Origin: Nitrospinales bacterium
GTDB taxonomy: Bacteria; Nitrospinota; Nitrospinia; Nitrospinales; VA-1
Length of the DNA: 64,000 nucleotides
Assembly (NCBI GenBank): GCA_965262115.1
Contig: OZ253496.1
Location: 1,024,001 to 1,088,000, forward strand
Direction: 5' to 3'
The translations under genes and the position numbers were made by a program. The notes beneath the pieces were generated by a model. It was not told where the DNA came from, did not search any database, and saw nothing but the letters and a program-made list of their open reading frames with translations. The first letter of the stretch is position 1; each line of letters opens with the position of its first letter. Below, piece by piece: positions 46,779 through 58,892 of this stretch.

Positions 46779-48503
46779 TCACTCGGCGCTGGAAGGAACT
46801 TCTGCAACCGGACTCACGATCACCATTCGTCCTTTAAGGGCCTGCATGGCCTCGTATCCGACAAAAACAGCCAGTCCGATGAGCACCACTGCCACCGTAC
46901 CGAGAAACACATTCGGGTCCGGCGCGGCAAAAAACTGATAGGCCTGCCAGGCCAACGCGCCGATCGTGGTCGCCGTCATGAACAGAGCGGGGTAAAGCAC
47001 ATAATGCGTCGGCCGCTTGACCGCCATCAACCACGTTGCCACCACAAACAGGGCCATCGCCGCAATGAGCTGGTTGGTCGCTCCAAAAATGGGCCAGATT
47101 TTCTGCCAGCCATCGGTCGCGCCAATCAGGTAGGCCGCAAACACCACCGCAACCGTCACAGCATACTTATTGCGAAATACATGTATTTGATTTCCCAGTG
47201 CCTCCTGAATCAGGAACCGTGTGATACGCACCGCCGTATCGAGGGTGGTCAGCACAAATGTGTTCAAAGCCAGCACAGCGATCATGGAAGCAATCGTAAA
47301 ACTCAAAATCGGCAACATCTGGTGCACCACGTTACCGAATCCATTGCCAAACGCCAGGATCCATCCACCGGATTGCAGGGTCTCGCGGAATCCCAATCGG
47401 GCCATATCAACTCCCCCACCTTCCGGGGCCACCCAATAAAGTCCTCCACCCACCACCAGGACGGTGATGACAGCGACCACCCCTTCGGTGAGCATGCCGC
47501 CATAAGCGATGGGTTTGCCCTGCATTTCATTAGCCAACTGTTTGGAAGTGGTACCACTCGCAACCAGAGAATGAAAACCTGATATCGCACCACAGGCCAC
47601 CAGCACAAACAGCATCGGCCAAACCGGCCCCTGCACATCCGACATCGCGCCTCTCCAGACCGGAATGTTTAATCCCGGCGCAACCCATAACAGGGCAACA
47701 ATAGCCAGTGACATGGAACCAAACAGAATGTATGTAGAAAGATAGTCACGCGGTTGCAAAAGCGTTTGCACCGGCAGGATCGAAGCCACCCCGGCATAAA
47801 TCATCAATACAACAAACCAGAATACTAGTGGAGAGAGCCCCATCACACCCTCTTCCGGCAAGGGCAGGGGCATTTTAAATCCGATATAAATATTCACAAT
47901 GACCGCAAGCACCGCAATGAAAGAGGCGATCTGAAGGTTGAAGTTTTTTTTGTAAATGCACCAGCCGAGGACCATCGAAATGGGAATGATCGCAAACGTG
48001 GGGAACACCATTTCCGGTTGGGCAATGAGGGTTTTGGCCGCAACAACGCCAAAGACGGCGATCACCAACAACATGGCCAGAACCAGGAAAATAGCAAACA
48101 CGGCTTTGGCCCGGTAGCCTATAGTCGATTCCGCAATATCAGCAATGGACCTGCCGCGATTGCGCACCGACATCATCAGTGTCAGGTAATCGTGAACCGC
48201 ACCGATGAACACATTGCCCAGCAAAATCCAAACTAGTGTTATCGCCCAGCCAAAATGATGCATGGCAATGATCGGGCCAATAACCGGACCGGCACCAGCA
48301 ATGGATGCAAAATTATGCCCGAACAACACCAGCGTTTTGCTGGGCACATAATCCACACCATCATTTTGTTTTATGGCAGGGGTCTCCCGGGAAGTGTCAG
48401 GACGAATCAATTCCCGGTCCAGCCGTTGGGCATAAACCCGGTAGCCCACAAAATAAAAAAACAGGCAGGCTGAAACCAATATGCCGATGGTCAACATGGC
48501 CAC
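46779..48503 (-). CDS. cstA: Carbon starvation protein A family transporter
   Basis: DGVDYVP, FASIAGAGP, LLQPRDY, ACGAISGFH and WPIFGATNQL motifs. Confidence 0.93.
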   Translation of the reverse strand: MAMLTIGILVSACLFFYFVGYRVYAQRLDRELIRPDTSRETPAIKQNDGVDYVPSKTLVLFGHNFASIAGAGPVIGPIIAMHHFGWAITLVWILLGNVFIGAVHDYLTLMMSVRNRGRSIADIAESTIGYRAKAVFAIFLVLAMLLVIAVFGVVAAKTLIAQPEMVFPTFAIIPISMVLGWCIYKKNFNLQIASFIAVLAVIVNIYIGFKMPLPLPEEGVMGLSPLVFWFVVLMIYAGVASILPVQTLLQPRDYLSTYILFGSMSLAIVALLWVAPGLNIPVWRGAMSDVQGPVWPMLFVLVACGAISGFHSLVASGTTSKQLANEMQGKPIAYGGMLTEGVVAVITVLVVGGGLYWVAPEGGGVDMARLGFRETLQSGGWILAFGNGFGNVVHQMLPILSFTIASMIAVLALNTFVLTTLDTAVRITRFLIQEALGNQIHVFRNKYAVTVAVVFAAYLIGATDGWQKIWPIFGATNQLIAAMALFVVATWLMAVKRPTHYVLYPALFMTATTIGALAWQAYQFFAAPDPNVFLGTVAVVLIGLAVFVGYEAMQALKGRMVIVSPVAEVPSSAE

Positions 48504-48585
48504 ATCCTAAAAGGTTCACTATTAACTCTTTATTATACCAAAGATGAGCAGTGAGAAAGGAAGGTTTTACCCCAAAGGGTGGGGG

Positions 48586-49983
<1,398 letters not shown>

Positions 49984-50077
49984 CTAGCAATATCTTTTTC
50001 TGGCGGACAAAGAGTTATCTCGGCTTGATGATTCCTTACCTAAGCCCTCTGGCCGGGCTATCTGCCGCCCTCGCTAG

Positions 50078-50206
50078 GAGACCTTTGCGTAAGTCTATAA
50101 AGCAGAAAAGCGAGATGCTTCGACAAGCTCAGCATGACAATAAAAGGCCATTTTGTCATTCTGAGGAGCTATTGCAACGAAGAATCTTGGGTTATGCAAA
50201 GGTCTC
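50078..50206 (+). mobile_element. MITE, 129 bp, copy 1
   Basis: TIRs GAGACCTTTGCGTAA and TTATGCAAAGGTCTC; perfect 9-bp TSD CCTCGCTAG (50069-50077 and 50207-50215). Confidence 0.9.
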
Positions 50207-50211
50207 CCTCG

Positions 50212-50622
50212 CTAGAGGGTGAATTTTTTGAGGAAGGTTTTTATAGTTTCTAAAGGGATCATGGGGCCGATATCGATGCCGGGACAGAACCCGCCAACCA
50301 GCCTCCACATGGATTTGGATTCCATATTTTCCCGCCAGAAAGGATAGGACTGGCATTGTTTCGGTTTGCCCTCGTGGATGCCGCATCCTTGATCGGTCAA
50401 AAAAGTGCAAGGCTCGCCCTCTTCCCCGACTTCGAGAATCCACTCACCCTCATCGCGAGTGAGATAAGTTTTTCTGAATTTAAGCGGAGAGGTTTTCAAA
50501 AAATTAGCGGCTCTGCGGATATCTGCCCGATCAAAATGCACGATACCCGGTTTAATACAACACTTGAAGCAATCCGGTTGGCATTCAAAACGAATTGGTT
50601 CTTTTTCCCACCATTTAGCCAT
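50212..50622 (-). CDS. YkgJ family cysteine-cluster protein
   Basis: C..CFKCC, CTFL...CGIHEGKPKQCQSYPFW and CPG motifs. Confidence 0.9.
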   Translation of the reverse strand: MAKWWEKEPIRFECQPDCFKCCIKPGIVHFDRADIRRAANFLKTSPLKFRKTYLTRDEGEWILEVGEEGEPCTFLTDQGCGIHEGKPKQCQSYPFWRENMESKSMWRLVGGFCPGIDIGPMIPLETIKTFLKKFTL

Positions 50623-50689
50623 GTGAGGTTCCCCCACTGGAAACTGGCAACCTCTTTTTCTGCGGACAAACAGTTTCTCGGTTCAACAT

Positions 50690-50799
50690 GCTATTACCCC
50701 TTCTACCCGTTCCGGGCATGAATTTAGCGGAGGGGATATCACAGGCTCACGAAGGCTGAGGAAGGATATAACGTACTCATCCCCTCCCACGGGAGTGGG
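50690..50799 (-). repeat. Modular intergenic repeat, copy B
   Basis: Begins with a CCCAC/GTGGG hairpin right after the proB stop and aligns with 30299-30390. Confidence 0.75.
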
Positions 50800-51963
50800 T
50801 TAAAAAATTACCAGGTCATCACGGTGGATCACCTCTTCATAATAGGATTCGCCCATCAAGTTGCGCACGGCGGAAGTTTTCATGCCCTTGATCTGTTCAA
50901 GGTCACGTGAATTATAGTTGACCAGTCCCCGGCCAATTTCTTTACCCGTTTCATTGAGGAGGGTCAGGGCATTGCCAAACTCGAATTTGCCTTTCACTTT
51001 TACCAGTCCTGCGGGGAGAAGGCTTTTACCTCTTTCCACCAGAGCTTTGCAGGCTCCTTCATCGATGATCAGCGTTCCGGCGGGTTTCAGGGTATGGGCG
51101 ATCCAGTGCTTGCGATCGCGGATCTTGCCTTTTCCCGACCAGAACAATGTACCCACTTCTTTACCAGCAAAAACATTCTCGACGACCTTTTTGTCCAATC
51201 CATTGACCACCAGCGCGGGAATACCAAAACTCATGGTTTTTTTTGCTGCCAGAACCTTGGTGAGCATTCCTCCCACCGCCAACCGATTCTTGCTTTTTCC
51301 AGCAATACGCTCGATGTCTTCATTGACTTTGGAAATATGGGAAATCAGTTGTGCTTTTTCAGCACCAGGCCTGTTTTTCAGAGAAGGGTCGCTGTCATAC
51401 AATCCCTCAACATCAGAAAGAATGATCAATAATTGCGCGTCGACCAGGCAGGCCACGGTTGCAGAAAGGGTATCGTTGTCGCCGATTTTGATCTCTTCAA
51501 CCGTAACCGAATCGTTTTCGTTGATGATGGGAACAACACCTCTCTCCAGAAGTGCTTCGATAGTGTGCTTGGCATTCAGGTAACGCGTGCGGTTTCCCAG
51601 GTCCTCATGACTCAAAAGAATCTGGGCAACCTTCAGCCCTTTTTTCTCAAAAGCTTTCTCATAAGTATGCATCAGGAAACTCTGGCCGATGGCAGCGCAG
51701 GCCTGCTTTTCAGGAATTGTTAAATCAGCGCGGCCAAATTCCAGGCGTTCCCGTCCCGCCATGATAGCACCGGATGAAACCAACACCACATCATAGCCTT
51801 TTTCGCGGAGAGCCTTAATTTTGCTGGCATAATGCCGCACCCAGTCCTTGCTCAACCCGCACTCTAGAGATGGACGGCCTTTTCCCCGATTGGAAATAAC
51901 ACTGCTGCCAATCTTGATCACCACCGTTTTGATGTTTTTTAGAATGTCTCTGCGTACTGTCAT
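50800..51963 (-). CDS. proB: Glutamate 5-kinase
   Basis: VIKIGSS, VSSGA, INEND and GDND motifs plus a PUA domain. Confidence 0.96.
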   Translation of the reverse strand: MTVRRDILKNIKTVVIKIGSSVISNRGKGRPSLECGLSKDWVRHYASKIKALREKGYDVVLVSSGAIMAGRERLEFGRADLTIPEKQACAAIGQSFLMHTYEKAFEKKGLKVAQILLSHEDLGNRTRYLNAKHTIEALLERGVVPIINENDSVTVEEIKIGDNDTLSATVACLVDAQLLIILSDVEGLYDSDPSLKNRPGAEKAQLISHISKVNEDIERIAGKSKNRLAVGGMLTKVLAAKKTMSFGIPALVVNGLDKKVVENVFAGKEVGTLFWSGKGKIRDRKHWIAHTLKPAGTLIIDEGACKALVERGKSLLPAGLVKVKGKFEFGNALTLLNETGKEIGRGLVNYNSRDLEQIKGMKTSAVRNLMGESYYEEVIHRDDLVIF

Positions 51964-52037
51964 ATTCTCGGGATGTTCAGAACCTCATTGAAGAAAAAAA
52001 ACCGCAGAGGAAAATGTAACCTAAAATTCCACGAAGG

Positions 52038-52898
52038 TCATCCTCTATTGTTGGAGTTTTTCAGAGTTTCGGTGATAAACCGGTTCAGGGCAGCAAAATA
52101 GCCAGCTCCGCCCATGATATACGTGTCATTATGACCGGCCCCTTCGATAGGGTAAAACGTTTTAGGGTCTCCAGCCTGTTCAAATAATTTACGTCCAAGG
52201 TCATAAGGAACAATCTCATCGCGTGTGCCATGCAGGAACAGTTTGGCGAGCTTCAGGTGAGGGACTTTTCCCAAAGCGTCCAATTTCGATCGGATAGCCC
52301 AGCCCAGAGGAACAAGCGGGAAAACCTGTCTCGACATATCAGCGGAGTTGGTGAACACCGACTCCAGAATCAACCCTCTGGCCGGGTGGTTCATGGCCGT
52401 TTCCACCGCGCAGATGCCACCCAAAGAGCGGCCAAAAAGAAATAGCGAATCGACGGACACGCCATCCAGCTCAAGAACCTTCTTGTAAGCCGCCCGGGAA
52501 TCTCTATAGATTCTCTGCTCATCGGGTTCGCCTTCGCTTCTTCCGTAACCGCGGTAATCAAAAATAAAAATATTCAGGTTGAGCGGCTTAAGACGCTGAA
52601 TATTATCCAGTCGGTGGCTGATGTTACCAGCGTTGCCATGAAACCATAGCAGGGTCGCGACCGCATTGGGATTGGGAATAAACCAACCATGCAGTTTTAT
52701 TCCATCTTCCGCCTTGAAATAAATGTCCTGCGCCGGAACTCCAACAGATGCCGGATTCCAAAATCCTTCCGGATAGCGGGATGGATGAAAAATGATTTTG
52801 TTTTCAAAAAGGAGCAGGAAGGCCGCATAGGTCAATACAAAGAAAACCAGCAGGCCAGCAGGCTGAGTCCACGTCACTTTATTAACTCGGGTTTTCAA
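52038..52898 (-). CDS. Alpha/beta hydrolase (BEM46/ABHD13-like)
   Basis: FHGNAGN, DYRGYG, GRSLGG, HGTRDEIVP and GAGHND motifs. Confidence 0.9.
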   Translation of the reverse strand: MKTRVNKVTWTQPAGLLVFFVLTYAAFLLLFENKIIFHPSRYPEGFWNPASVGVPAQDIYFKAEDGIKLHGWFIPNPNAVATLLWFHGNAGNISHRLDNIQRLKPLNLNIFIFDYRGYGRSEGEPDEQRIYRDSRAAYKKVLELDGVSVDSLFLFGRSLGGICAVETAMNHPARGLILESVFTNSADMSRQVFPLVPLGWAIRSKLDALGKVPHLKLAKLFLHGTRDEIVPYDLGRKLFEQAGDPKTFYPIEGAGHNDTYIMGGAGYFAALNRFITETLKNSNNRG

Positions 52899-54180
52899 CT
52901 TGAGAAACTTTAATTTTTAGGCCTTCCACAGAATCGACCCGAACCTTCTCCCCCTCGGCAACCTGAGTTTCTGCTTCCGCCTCCCACAATTCCCCGTGGA
53001 CCATGACACGGCCTTTTGGATTCAGGGTTTCTTTCACCAGACCGGTTTCACCAACCATTCCCTCCATCCCCCCCAGTTTCTTGAGACTGTGGGTTCGGGT
53101 AGCGAAAACGACGATGCCTAGCGACAGAACAACTGTCAAACCCAGCGTCGGGTAAAGGATGGCCCGGGAAATTTGCATGGCAGGGTCGTCACTGTCTATC
53201 AGCATGGTGGACCCGAGAAAAAGCGATATCACCCCGGACACGGATAACAGGCCGTAACTCATGAAATTGATTTCAGCGATAAACAGAATCACGCCAAAAA
53301 TGATCAGTAACAGTCCGGCGTAGTTGATTGGCAAAGCCTGCATGGCATAGAGTGCGAGAATGAGACTGATGGCACCAATCACACCGGGCAGAACCAGACC
53401 GGGATTGGACAGCTCAAAATAAAGTCCCACCATCCCAAGCATCATGAGGATGTAGGCCACGTTGGGGCTGGAAATAATATCCAGCATTTTCTGCCGGGGG
53501 TTCATCTCGTGATAAACGATCTGGAGATTTGCAGTCTTGAGCGTGACAGAGCCAGAGACGACTTGAACTTCCCTCCCATCAATAGCCAGCACCAGTGCAG
53601 TCACATCCCCCGCAATGAGATCAATGACATTGAGCTTCTTAGCCTCTTCCGCAGATATCGAAACGCTGTTGACCACCGCCAGTTCCGCCCAGTGAGCATT
53701 GCGTTTTCTAAGTTCCGCCAGAGAACGGATGTAAGCAGCGGCGTCGTTGGTCACTTTCTTTTTCATGGTTTTGGCTTGCTCGCCTTCGCCACCCCCACCC
53801 ATCATATTCACCGGACTGGCAGCACCAATATTGGTGCCCGGGGCCATGGCGGCAATATGGGACGCGATGGTGATGAACGTTCCCGCCGAGGCGGCACGCG
53901 ATCCACTCGGCGCAACAAATGAGGCCACCGGAACCTGGGAACTCTGGATTTTCTTGATAATCTGCCGCATGGAAATATCCAGTCCGCCGGGAGTATCCAT
54001 TTGCAGCACAATCAACGCATCCTGCTCGGCGTTGGCCTGGCTGATTTCGTGGGAAACATATTCGGCGACTGCGGGATTGATCGACCCTGCAAGTTTAACG
54101 ACAATCACACGGTCTTTGGAGTAAGCGGGAGGAACGACCAGAAACAAAATCAGTAACAGGAAACTAATTTGTTTGTTCAT
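52882..54180 (-). CDS. nfeD: Long-form NfeD (ClpP-like protease, TM and OB domains)
   Basis: DTPGGL, RAASAG, APGTNIGAA and VHGELWEA motifs. Confidence 0.92.
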   Translation of the reverse strand: MNKQISFLLLILFLVVPPAYSKDRVIVVKLAGSINPAVAEYVSHEISQANAEQDALIVLQMDTPGGLDISMRQIIKKIQSSQVPVASFVAPSGSRAASAGTFITIASHIAAMAPGTNIGAASPVNMMGGGGEGEQAKTMKKKVTNDAAAYIRSLAELRKRNAHWAELAVVNSVSISAEEAKKLNVIDLIAGDVTALVLAIDGREVQVVSGSVTLKTANLQIVYHEMNPRQKMLDIISSPNVAYILMMLGMVGLYFELSNPGLVLPGVIGAISLILALYAMQALPINYAGLLLIIFGVILFIAEINFMSYGLLSVSGVISLFLGSTMLIDSDDPAMQISRAILYPTLGLTVVLSLGIVVFATRTHSLKKLGGMEGMVGETGLVKETLNPKGRVMVHGELWEAEAETQVAEGEKVRVDSVEGLKIKVSQVENPS

Positions 54181-54356
54181 CAGGATGCCCTGAGAATAGG
54201 TATCGAAAGTTTTCCTTGCATGTGTTGCATTATTGTTCCACAGGGGGATGAATAAAGCAAACCCCGCGTCCGGACCGAACCTGATTTTACGTTACCGACG
54301 CTCCTTTTAATGGTAAACTTGGTTGATTGGCTATGATTTTAACTTAGGGAAATTTA

Positions 54357-54803
54357 ATGGATTATAAAACCATCTACATCGTTGATCCAGTCAGGGGCGA
54401 GCGAATTCAAATGGCAAAATTTCTCAGTGAGGAAATTTTTACTGTCATGACGTTCGTTTCTCCCAACGATTGTTTCAAAAAATCCGAACTCATTAATTGC
54501 GACCTAATGGTGTTTGTACCGCGTAAGGAAAAAAACGAGATCAAACATCTGATGAATATAAAAAAGAGGTTTCGGAAAACTCCTGTGATTTTTCTTCTCA
54601 CAGATGATTTTCCGGATATCAATCTTGCGGAAATAACAGCAAACGGGTTTCCCAACGTGTTTAAGGCCAGCAATAACGAAAAGGTGCGCGAAATTATGTT
54701 GGGCCTTCTTGCCGAGGAAGGACTACCCCCCCGGACCGAAGTGCCCCACCCCGTCCCCATTCCCCAAGAAGTGCAGGACGCCCTTTCACCGAGACCGGAA
54801 TGA
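54357..54803 (+). CDS. Degenerate receiver-like protein
   Basis: REC-like pattern (IYIVD, DLMVFV, PVIFLL) without the phosphoacceptor Asp. Confidence 0.65.
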   Translation: MDYKTIYIVDPVRGERIQMAKFLSEEIFTVMTFVSPNDCFKKSELINCDLMVFVPRKEKNEIKHLMNIKKRFRKTPVIFLLTDDFPDINLAEITANGFPNVFKASNNEKVREIMLGLLAEEGLPPRTEVPHPVPIPQEVQDALSPRPE

Positions 54804-55663
54804 GCAACACGCCCAAAACCACCCAAGCAATTTCTACAGGCTCCTTTAGCATAGGTGGAAAGAATCCTCTGGCGCTGATCGCGGGCCCCTGTGTGATTGA
54901 ATCTGAAAAAATTGCCCGGGACATCGCCGAAAAACTAAAACGTATTACCGGAGACCTGGGAGTTCCCTTTATTTTCAAAGCTTCCTACGATAAAGCCAAC
55001 CGGTCTTCCATTCAATCGTTTCGCGGCCCGGGATTGAAAGAAGGATTAAAAATCCTGCAAAAGATCAAGACCGATCTGGAACTTCCCGTTTTATCCGATG
55101 TCCACAAGGAAGAAGAAGTCGAACCCGCGGCGGAAGTGCTCGATGTTTTACAGATCCCGGCATTTCTTTGTCGGCAAACGGATCTTCTGGTGAAAGCCGC
55201 TAGCACCGGCAAACCGGTCAATGTTAAAAAAGGGCAGTTCATGGCCCCATGGGATATGAAGAATGTCGTGAACAAACTTGAAGAGAGCGGCAATAAAAAT
55301 ATCCTGCTGACCGAACGAGGGGCGACCTTTGGCTACAACAATCTGGTGGTGGATATGCGTTCCCTTGTTTTGATGCGGGACTACGGCTATCCGGTGATCT
55401 TCGATTCTACCCACAGCCTGCAACAACCCGGAGGCCAGGGGACGAAGAGTCGCGGACAAAGGGAGATGATCCCCGACCTCGCCCGTGGAGCGGTAGGAGT
55501 GGGTTGTGATGCCCTGTTTATGGAAACCCACCCGGACCCCGACCAGGCATTATCAGATGGACCCAATATGCTGAAACTCGACCTGCTCCCAGAACTTCTG
55601 GAACAATTGATCGCTCTGGATCACATCGTTCGCGGCAAAGGACAAATGATCGAAAACCCATAG
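54800..55663 (+). CDS. kdsA: KDO 8-phosphate synthase
   Basis: [31 protein letters not shown] and KKGQF motifs. Confidence 0.97.
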   Translation: MSNTPKTTQAISTGSFSIGGKNPLALIAGPCVIESEKIARDIAEKLKRITGDLGVPFIFKASYDKANRSSIQSFRGPGLKEGLKILQKIKTDLELPVLSDVHKEEEVEPAAEVLDVLQIPAFLCRQTDLLVKAASTGKPVNVKKGQFMAPWDMKNVVNKLEESGNKNILLTERGATFGYNNLVVDMRSLVLMRDYGYPVIFDSTHSLQQPGGQGTKSRGQREMIPDLARGAVGVGCDALFMETHPDPDQALSDGPNMLKLDLLPELLEQLIALDHIVRGKGQMIENP

Positions 55664-55673
55664 AGGGAAGATC

Positions 55674-56624
55674 ATGAAACAGTTTTTCATCACTCTCCTT
55701 ACAGGAATTTTGTTTTTCCCCCTTATCTCTGAGGCCAACCCAAAGGGCACCTGGGTTGAGCTTTCTCCCACTCCTATTAAAAGAACAGAGTCTTCTTCCG
55801 CGCTCGTCGGCGAAAAAATTTATTTACTGGGAGGGTTCACTCCGAACGGAATTTCCAACAAGGTGGATGTATGGGACCCCGAGTCTGGAACCTGGAACCA
55901 AATCATTCCCCTTCCCCGCGGTCTGCACCACACAACAGCTTCTGTGGTGGACGGTAAACTTTATGTCATCGGCGGGTTTGATTCCGGTACATGGAGATCC
56001 GTTGATGTGAACTACGAGTATGATCCTAAAATCCTACGCTGGACAGCCAAAGCTCCCATGCCCACCGCGCGCGGAGCGCTCGCGGCTGGAGTGGTTGATG
56101 GCAAGATTCATTTAGTCGGAGGCGCGCATCGCAAATTTTTCAATCTGGTCAACACCCCTGCCCATGAAGTTTATGATCCCAAAACAGATAGCTGGCAAAC
56201 CCTTGCCCCCATGCCCACCGCGCGCGATCACCTTGCCGTTTCCGTAACAGGCGGAAAACTGCACGCCATCGGCGGACGGGTGGACGTCAACTATAATAAT
56301 AACCTGGATGCCCATGAATCTTACGATTCCAAAGCTGGCAAGTGGAACCGCCACGCTCCTCTGCCTACAGCCCGTAGCGGTATCACCTCTCAGGTGCTGA
56401 ATGGGTTGATCCATGTCTTTGGCGGCGAATCAGGGAAAGGAACCTTCGTTGAAAATGAAGCCTATGATCCTTCAACCCATAAATGGAAAACCTTCAACCC
56501 CATGCCGTCAGGCAGACACGGGCTGGCATCTGTTTTGTGGAAAAATCAAATTCACCTTCTAACCGGGGGACCTAATCCAGGTGGAGGTGGAAGCAATACT
56601 CATCTTGTATTCAAACTGAATTGA
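55674..56624 (+). CDS. Secreted Kelch-repeat protein
   Basis: Signal peptide and six Kelch repeats (GG...YDP...W...PMP..R). Confidence 0.9.
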   Translation: MKQFFITLLTGILFFPLISEANPKGTWVELSPTPIKRTESSSALVGEKIYLLGGFTPNGISNKVDVWDPESGTWNQIIPLPRGLHHTTASVVDGKLYVIGGFDSGTWRSVDVNYEYDPKILRWTAKAPMPTARGALAAGVVDGKIHLVGGAHRKFFNLVNTPAHEVYDPKTDSWQTLAPMPTARDHLAVSVTGGKLHAIGGRVDVNYNNNLDAHESYDSKAGKWNRHAPLPTARSGITSQVLNGLIHVFGGESGKGTFVENEAYDPSTHKWKTFNPMPSGRHGLASVLWKNQIHLLTGGPNPGGGGSNTHLVFKLN

Positions 56625-56907
56625 TTCAGGGATAAATATTGAAAGAGGGAGGGAGGGCGGCTCCATTGGTAGGGAGCCGGAGAGCAAAGCTTGTTAGCCA
56701 TCGATTTGGCACGCCACGGATTGGGTCACTTGTAGGTGAACCCAATCCGTTGGAGGTGGCAGTGCCAGTTCGAATCTTCAATCATCTATACAACAATCCT
56801 CATGCCAATTTGTTTTACAGCCTGGAAAAACCCCATAAACCTTTATAAAAAAACTATCTCCTGTTTTTTTCCTGGGGGTTTGCTGAGTCAAAATTCCCCT
56901 ACATTGA

Positions 56908-57075
56908 GAGACCTTTGCATAACCCAAGATTCTTCGTTGCAATAGCTCCTCAGAATGACAAGATAGCCTTTTATTGTCATGCTGAGCTAGTGATATTTGA
57001 CCTTTGAATTCTTGCCCCGTAGGGGTATCTCGAAGCATCTCGCTTTTCTGCTTTATAGACTTACGCAAAGGTTTC
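56908..57075 (-). mobile_element. MITE copy 2 (168 bp) with a nested insertion
   Basis: Near-identical to 50078-50206 in reverse orientation; TSD CTACATTGA/CTCCATTGA (8/9); net +39 bp inside. Confidence 0.88.
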
Positions 57076-57225
57076 CTCCATTGAGTGCAAGTTTTCCCTG
57101 CCTGGCGTCAATTTTTACCTATTTTTCTGTAATATAGTCCTTTCATTTTTATCAATAAAAACCCCAGTCAAAGAGGACCTGTGGCAAAGTAGGTAGGATA
57201 GATAAGAATTTTTGAGGAAAACATA

Positions 57226-58143
57226 ATGTTAAACATGGAAAAATTGTTCCCACCGGATTCCATGACCATAATGATTGTTGATGACACCCAGGCCAATGTC
57301 CTTGTTCTGCAACGCGCTCTGGCAAGCATCGGATACAATATTTCAGTGGCCTTCGACGGAGAAATGGCCCTGAACCTGATCCCAAAACTGAAACCCGATC
57401 TGATATTACTGGATGTCATGATGCCGAAAATCGATGGCATTGAAGTATGCAGGCGCCTTAAAAAAGACGAGGAATTGATGGGCATACCCATTATCTTCAT
57501 TACCGCAAAGGGAGACGTTGAAAATATCCTGGAAGGGTTTGAAGTGGGAGCGGTGGATTACATCATGAAACCTTTCAACCTTAAAGAAGTCATCGCCAGG
57601 GTCAAAACCCATCTGGTTTTGTCCGCCGCTATCAAAAAATTGATCCAGGATAGTGAAACAGACTCTCTGACCGGCCTGTTCAATCGGAGAACTTTCTTAA
57701 AAAAGATTGAGAATGAAGCCATGCGCACCAAACGCAACCAGAAACCTTTTTCTATCCTTTTTGGCGATATCGATTTTTTCAAAAAAATCAACGACACCTA
57801 TGGTCATGCAGCGGGCGATGATGTTTTGATAAAAATCAGCAAGCTCCTGAACACAGAAAAACGGGAGATAGACCAGGTGGCAAGATGGGGAGGAGAAGAA
57901 TTTCTGATTTTACTTCCTGAAACAGATTTAAAAGGAGCCGCTCAGCTTGGCAATAAAATCCGGGAACAGGTTTCCGCAAATCCCTTTATCTTTGAGGATC
58001 AGAAAATTCCCATAACCATGAGTTTCGGAGTCAGCAAGTATTCAGGAGATACCTCTATCGAAAAAACCATCGACCAAGCCGACCAAAGGCTTTATCTCGC
58101 AAAAAACTCCGGCATAAACAAAGTCGTGTCGGAAGACGCATGA
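57226..58143 (+). CDS. Response-regulator diguanylate cyclase (REC-GGDEF)
   Basis: Intact REC domain, DSLTGLFNRR, RxxD I-site (REID) and GGEEF. Confidence 0.93.
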   Translation: MLNMEKLFPPDSMTIMIVDDTQANVLVLQRALASIGYNISVAFDGEMALNLIPKLKPDLILLDVMMPKIDGIEVCRRLKKDEELMGIPIIFITAKGDVENILEGFEVGAVDYIMKPFNLKEVIARVKTHLVLSAAIKKLIQDSETDSLTGLFNRRTFLKKIENEAMRTKRNQKPFSILFGDIDFFKKINDTYGHAAGDDVLIKISKLLNTEKREIDQVARWGGEEFLILLPETDLKGAAQLGNKIREQVSANPFIFEDQKIPITMSFGVSKYSGDTSIEKTIDQADQRLYLAKNSGINKVVSEDA

Positions 58144-58157
58144 ACCAAATGTTAAAT

Positions 58158-58892
58158 TTAACGCAACAGGTCGGAAAGAAACCTTGTCAACACCTGAGTC
58201 GCGATTTGAGTTTGCGCGCGAAGCGACAGGGCGCTTTTGATAGAACCCGGGTGTGTCAACACATACCATCCGGCTTTGAGGGTCGAGATTTCTCCATCAC
58301 TTCCCAGAAATGAGGAGCTGTCCAGAAGTTCCTGATCAAGCCTGTCAGAGATCACCCGCACAGACAGTAAAGGCAAACCCTTTTCTTCAGCCACTCTGGC
58401 GATCGCCGAAGTTTCCATTTCCACTGCTTGAACACTATAACTTTTTCCCAGTTCCCGCTTGGTCACTGAGTCATGAATCACGCTATCGACGGTTAGTAGT
58501 CCACCCACAACCGTCTTGACTCCATCGGGACAAGGAATGTTCCTGGCACGGCCCAACCAATCTGGATCGGGAAAATATTTCCCTTCTTCTTTTGCTTCCA
58601 GAATGGTATCGGCAATCACCAGATCACCGACATTCAGTTCCGGCTGAACCGCGCCAGCATAGCCGGTGCTGATCAGGGCCCTGGGTTGAAAACGGTCGAT
58701 GACTTGAAGGGCGGCATCCTCGGCCCTTTGTTTGCCAACGCCGGACCGGACCAGGACAATATTCTGCTTCCCACACTTGCCGGGCCAGGCAGAAGTTTTA
58801 CCGAGACGCACATGATCTGAAATATTCATGGCACATTTGACACCGGCAATTTCTTCTTTTACTGCTCCAAATATGGCAATGCAATCATCCAT
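58158..58892 (-). CDS. MTA/SAH nucleosidase-phosphorylase family protein (HpnG-like possible)
   Basis: SGVGK, TGYAGA, AVEMETSA and RVISD motifs. Confidence 0.85.
   Translation of the reverse strand: MDDCIAIFGAVKEEIAGVKCAMNISDHVRLGKTSAWPGKCGKQNIVLVRSGVGKQRAEDAALQVIDRFQPRALISTGYAGAVQPELNVGDLVIADTILEAKEEGKYFPDPDWLGRARNIPCPDGVKTVVGGLLTVDSVIHDSVTKRELGKSYSVQAVEMETSAIARVAEEKGLPLLSVRVISDRLDQELLDSSSFLGSDGEISTLKAGWYVLTHPGSIKSALSLRAQTQIATQVLTRFLSDLLR

Noticed and set aside
56656..56700. Integron attC site
   Set aside because: GTTAGCC is present, but there is no matching RYYYAAC at the proper position, no cassette array and no integrase.
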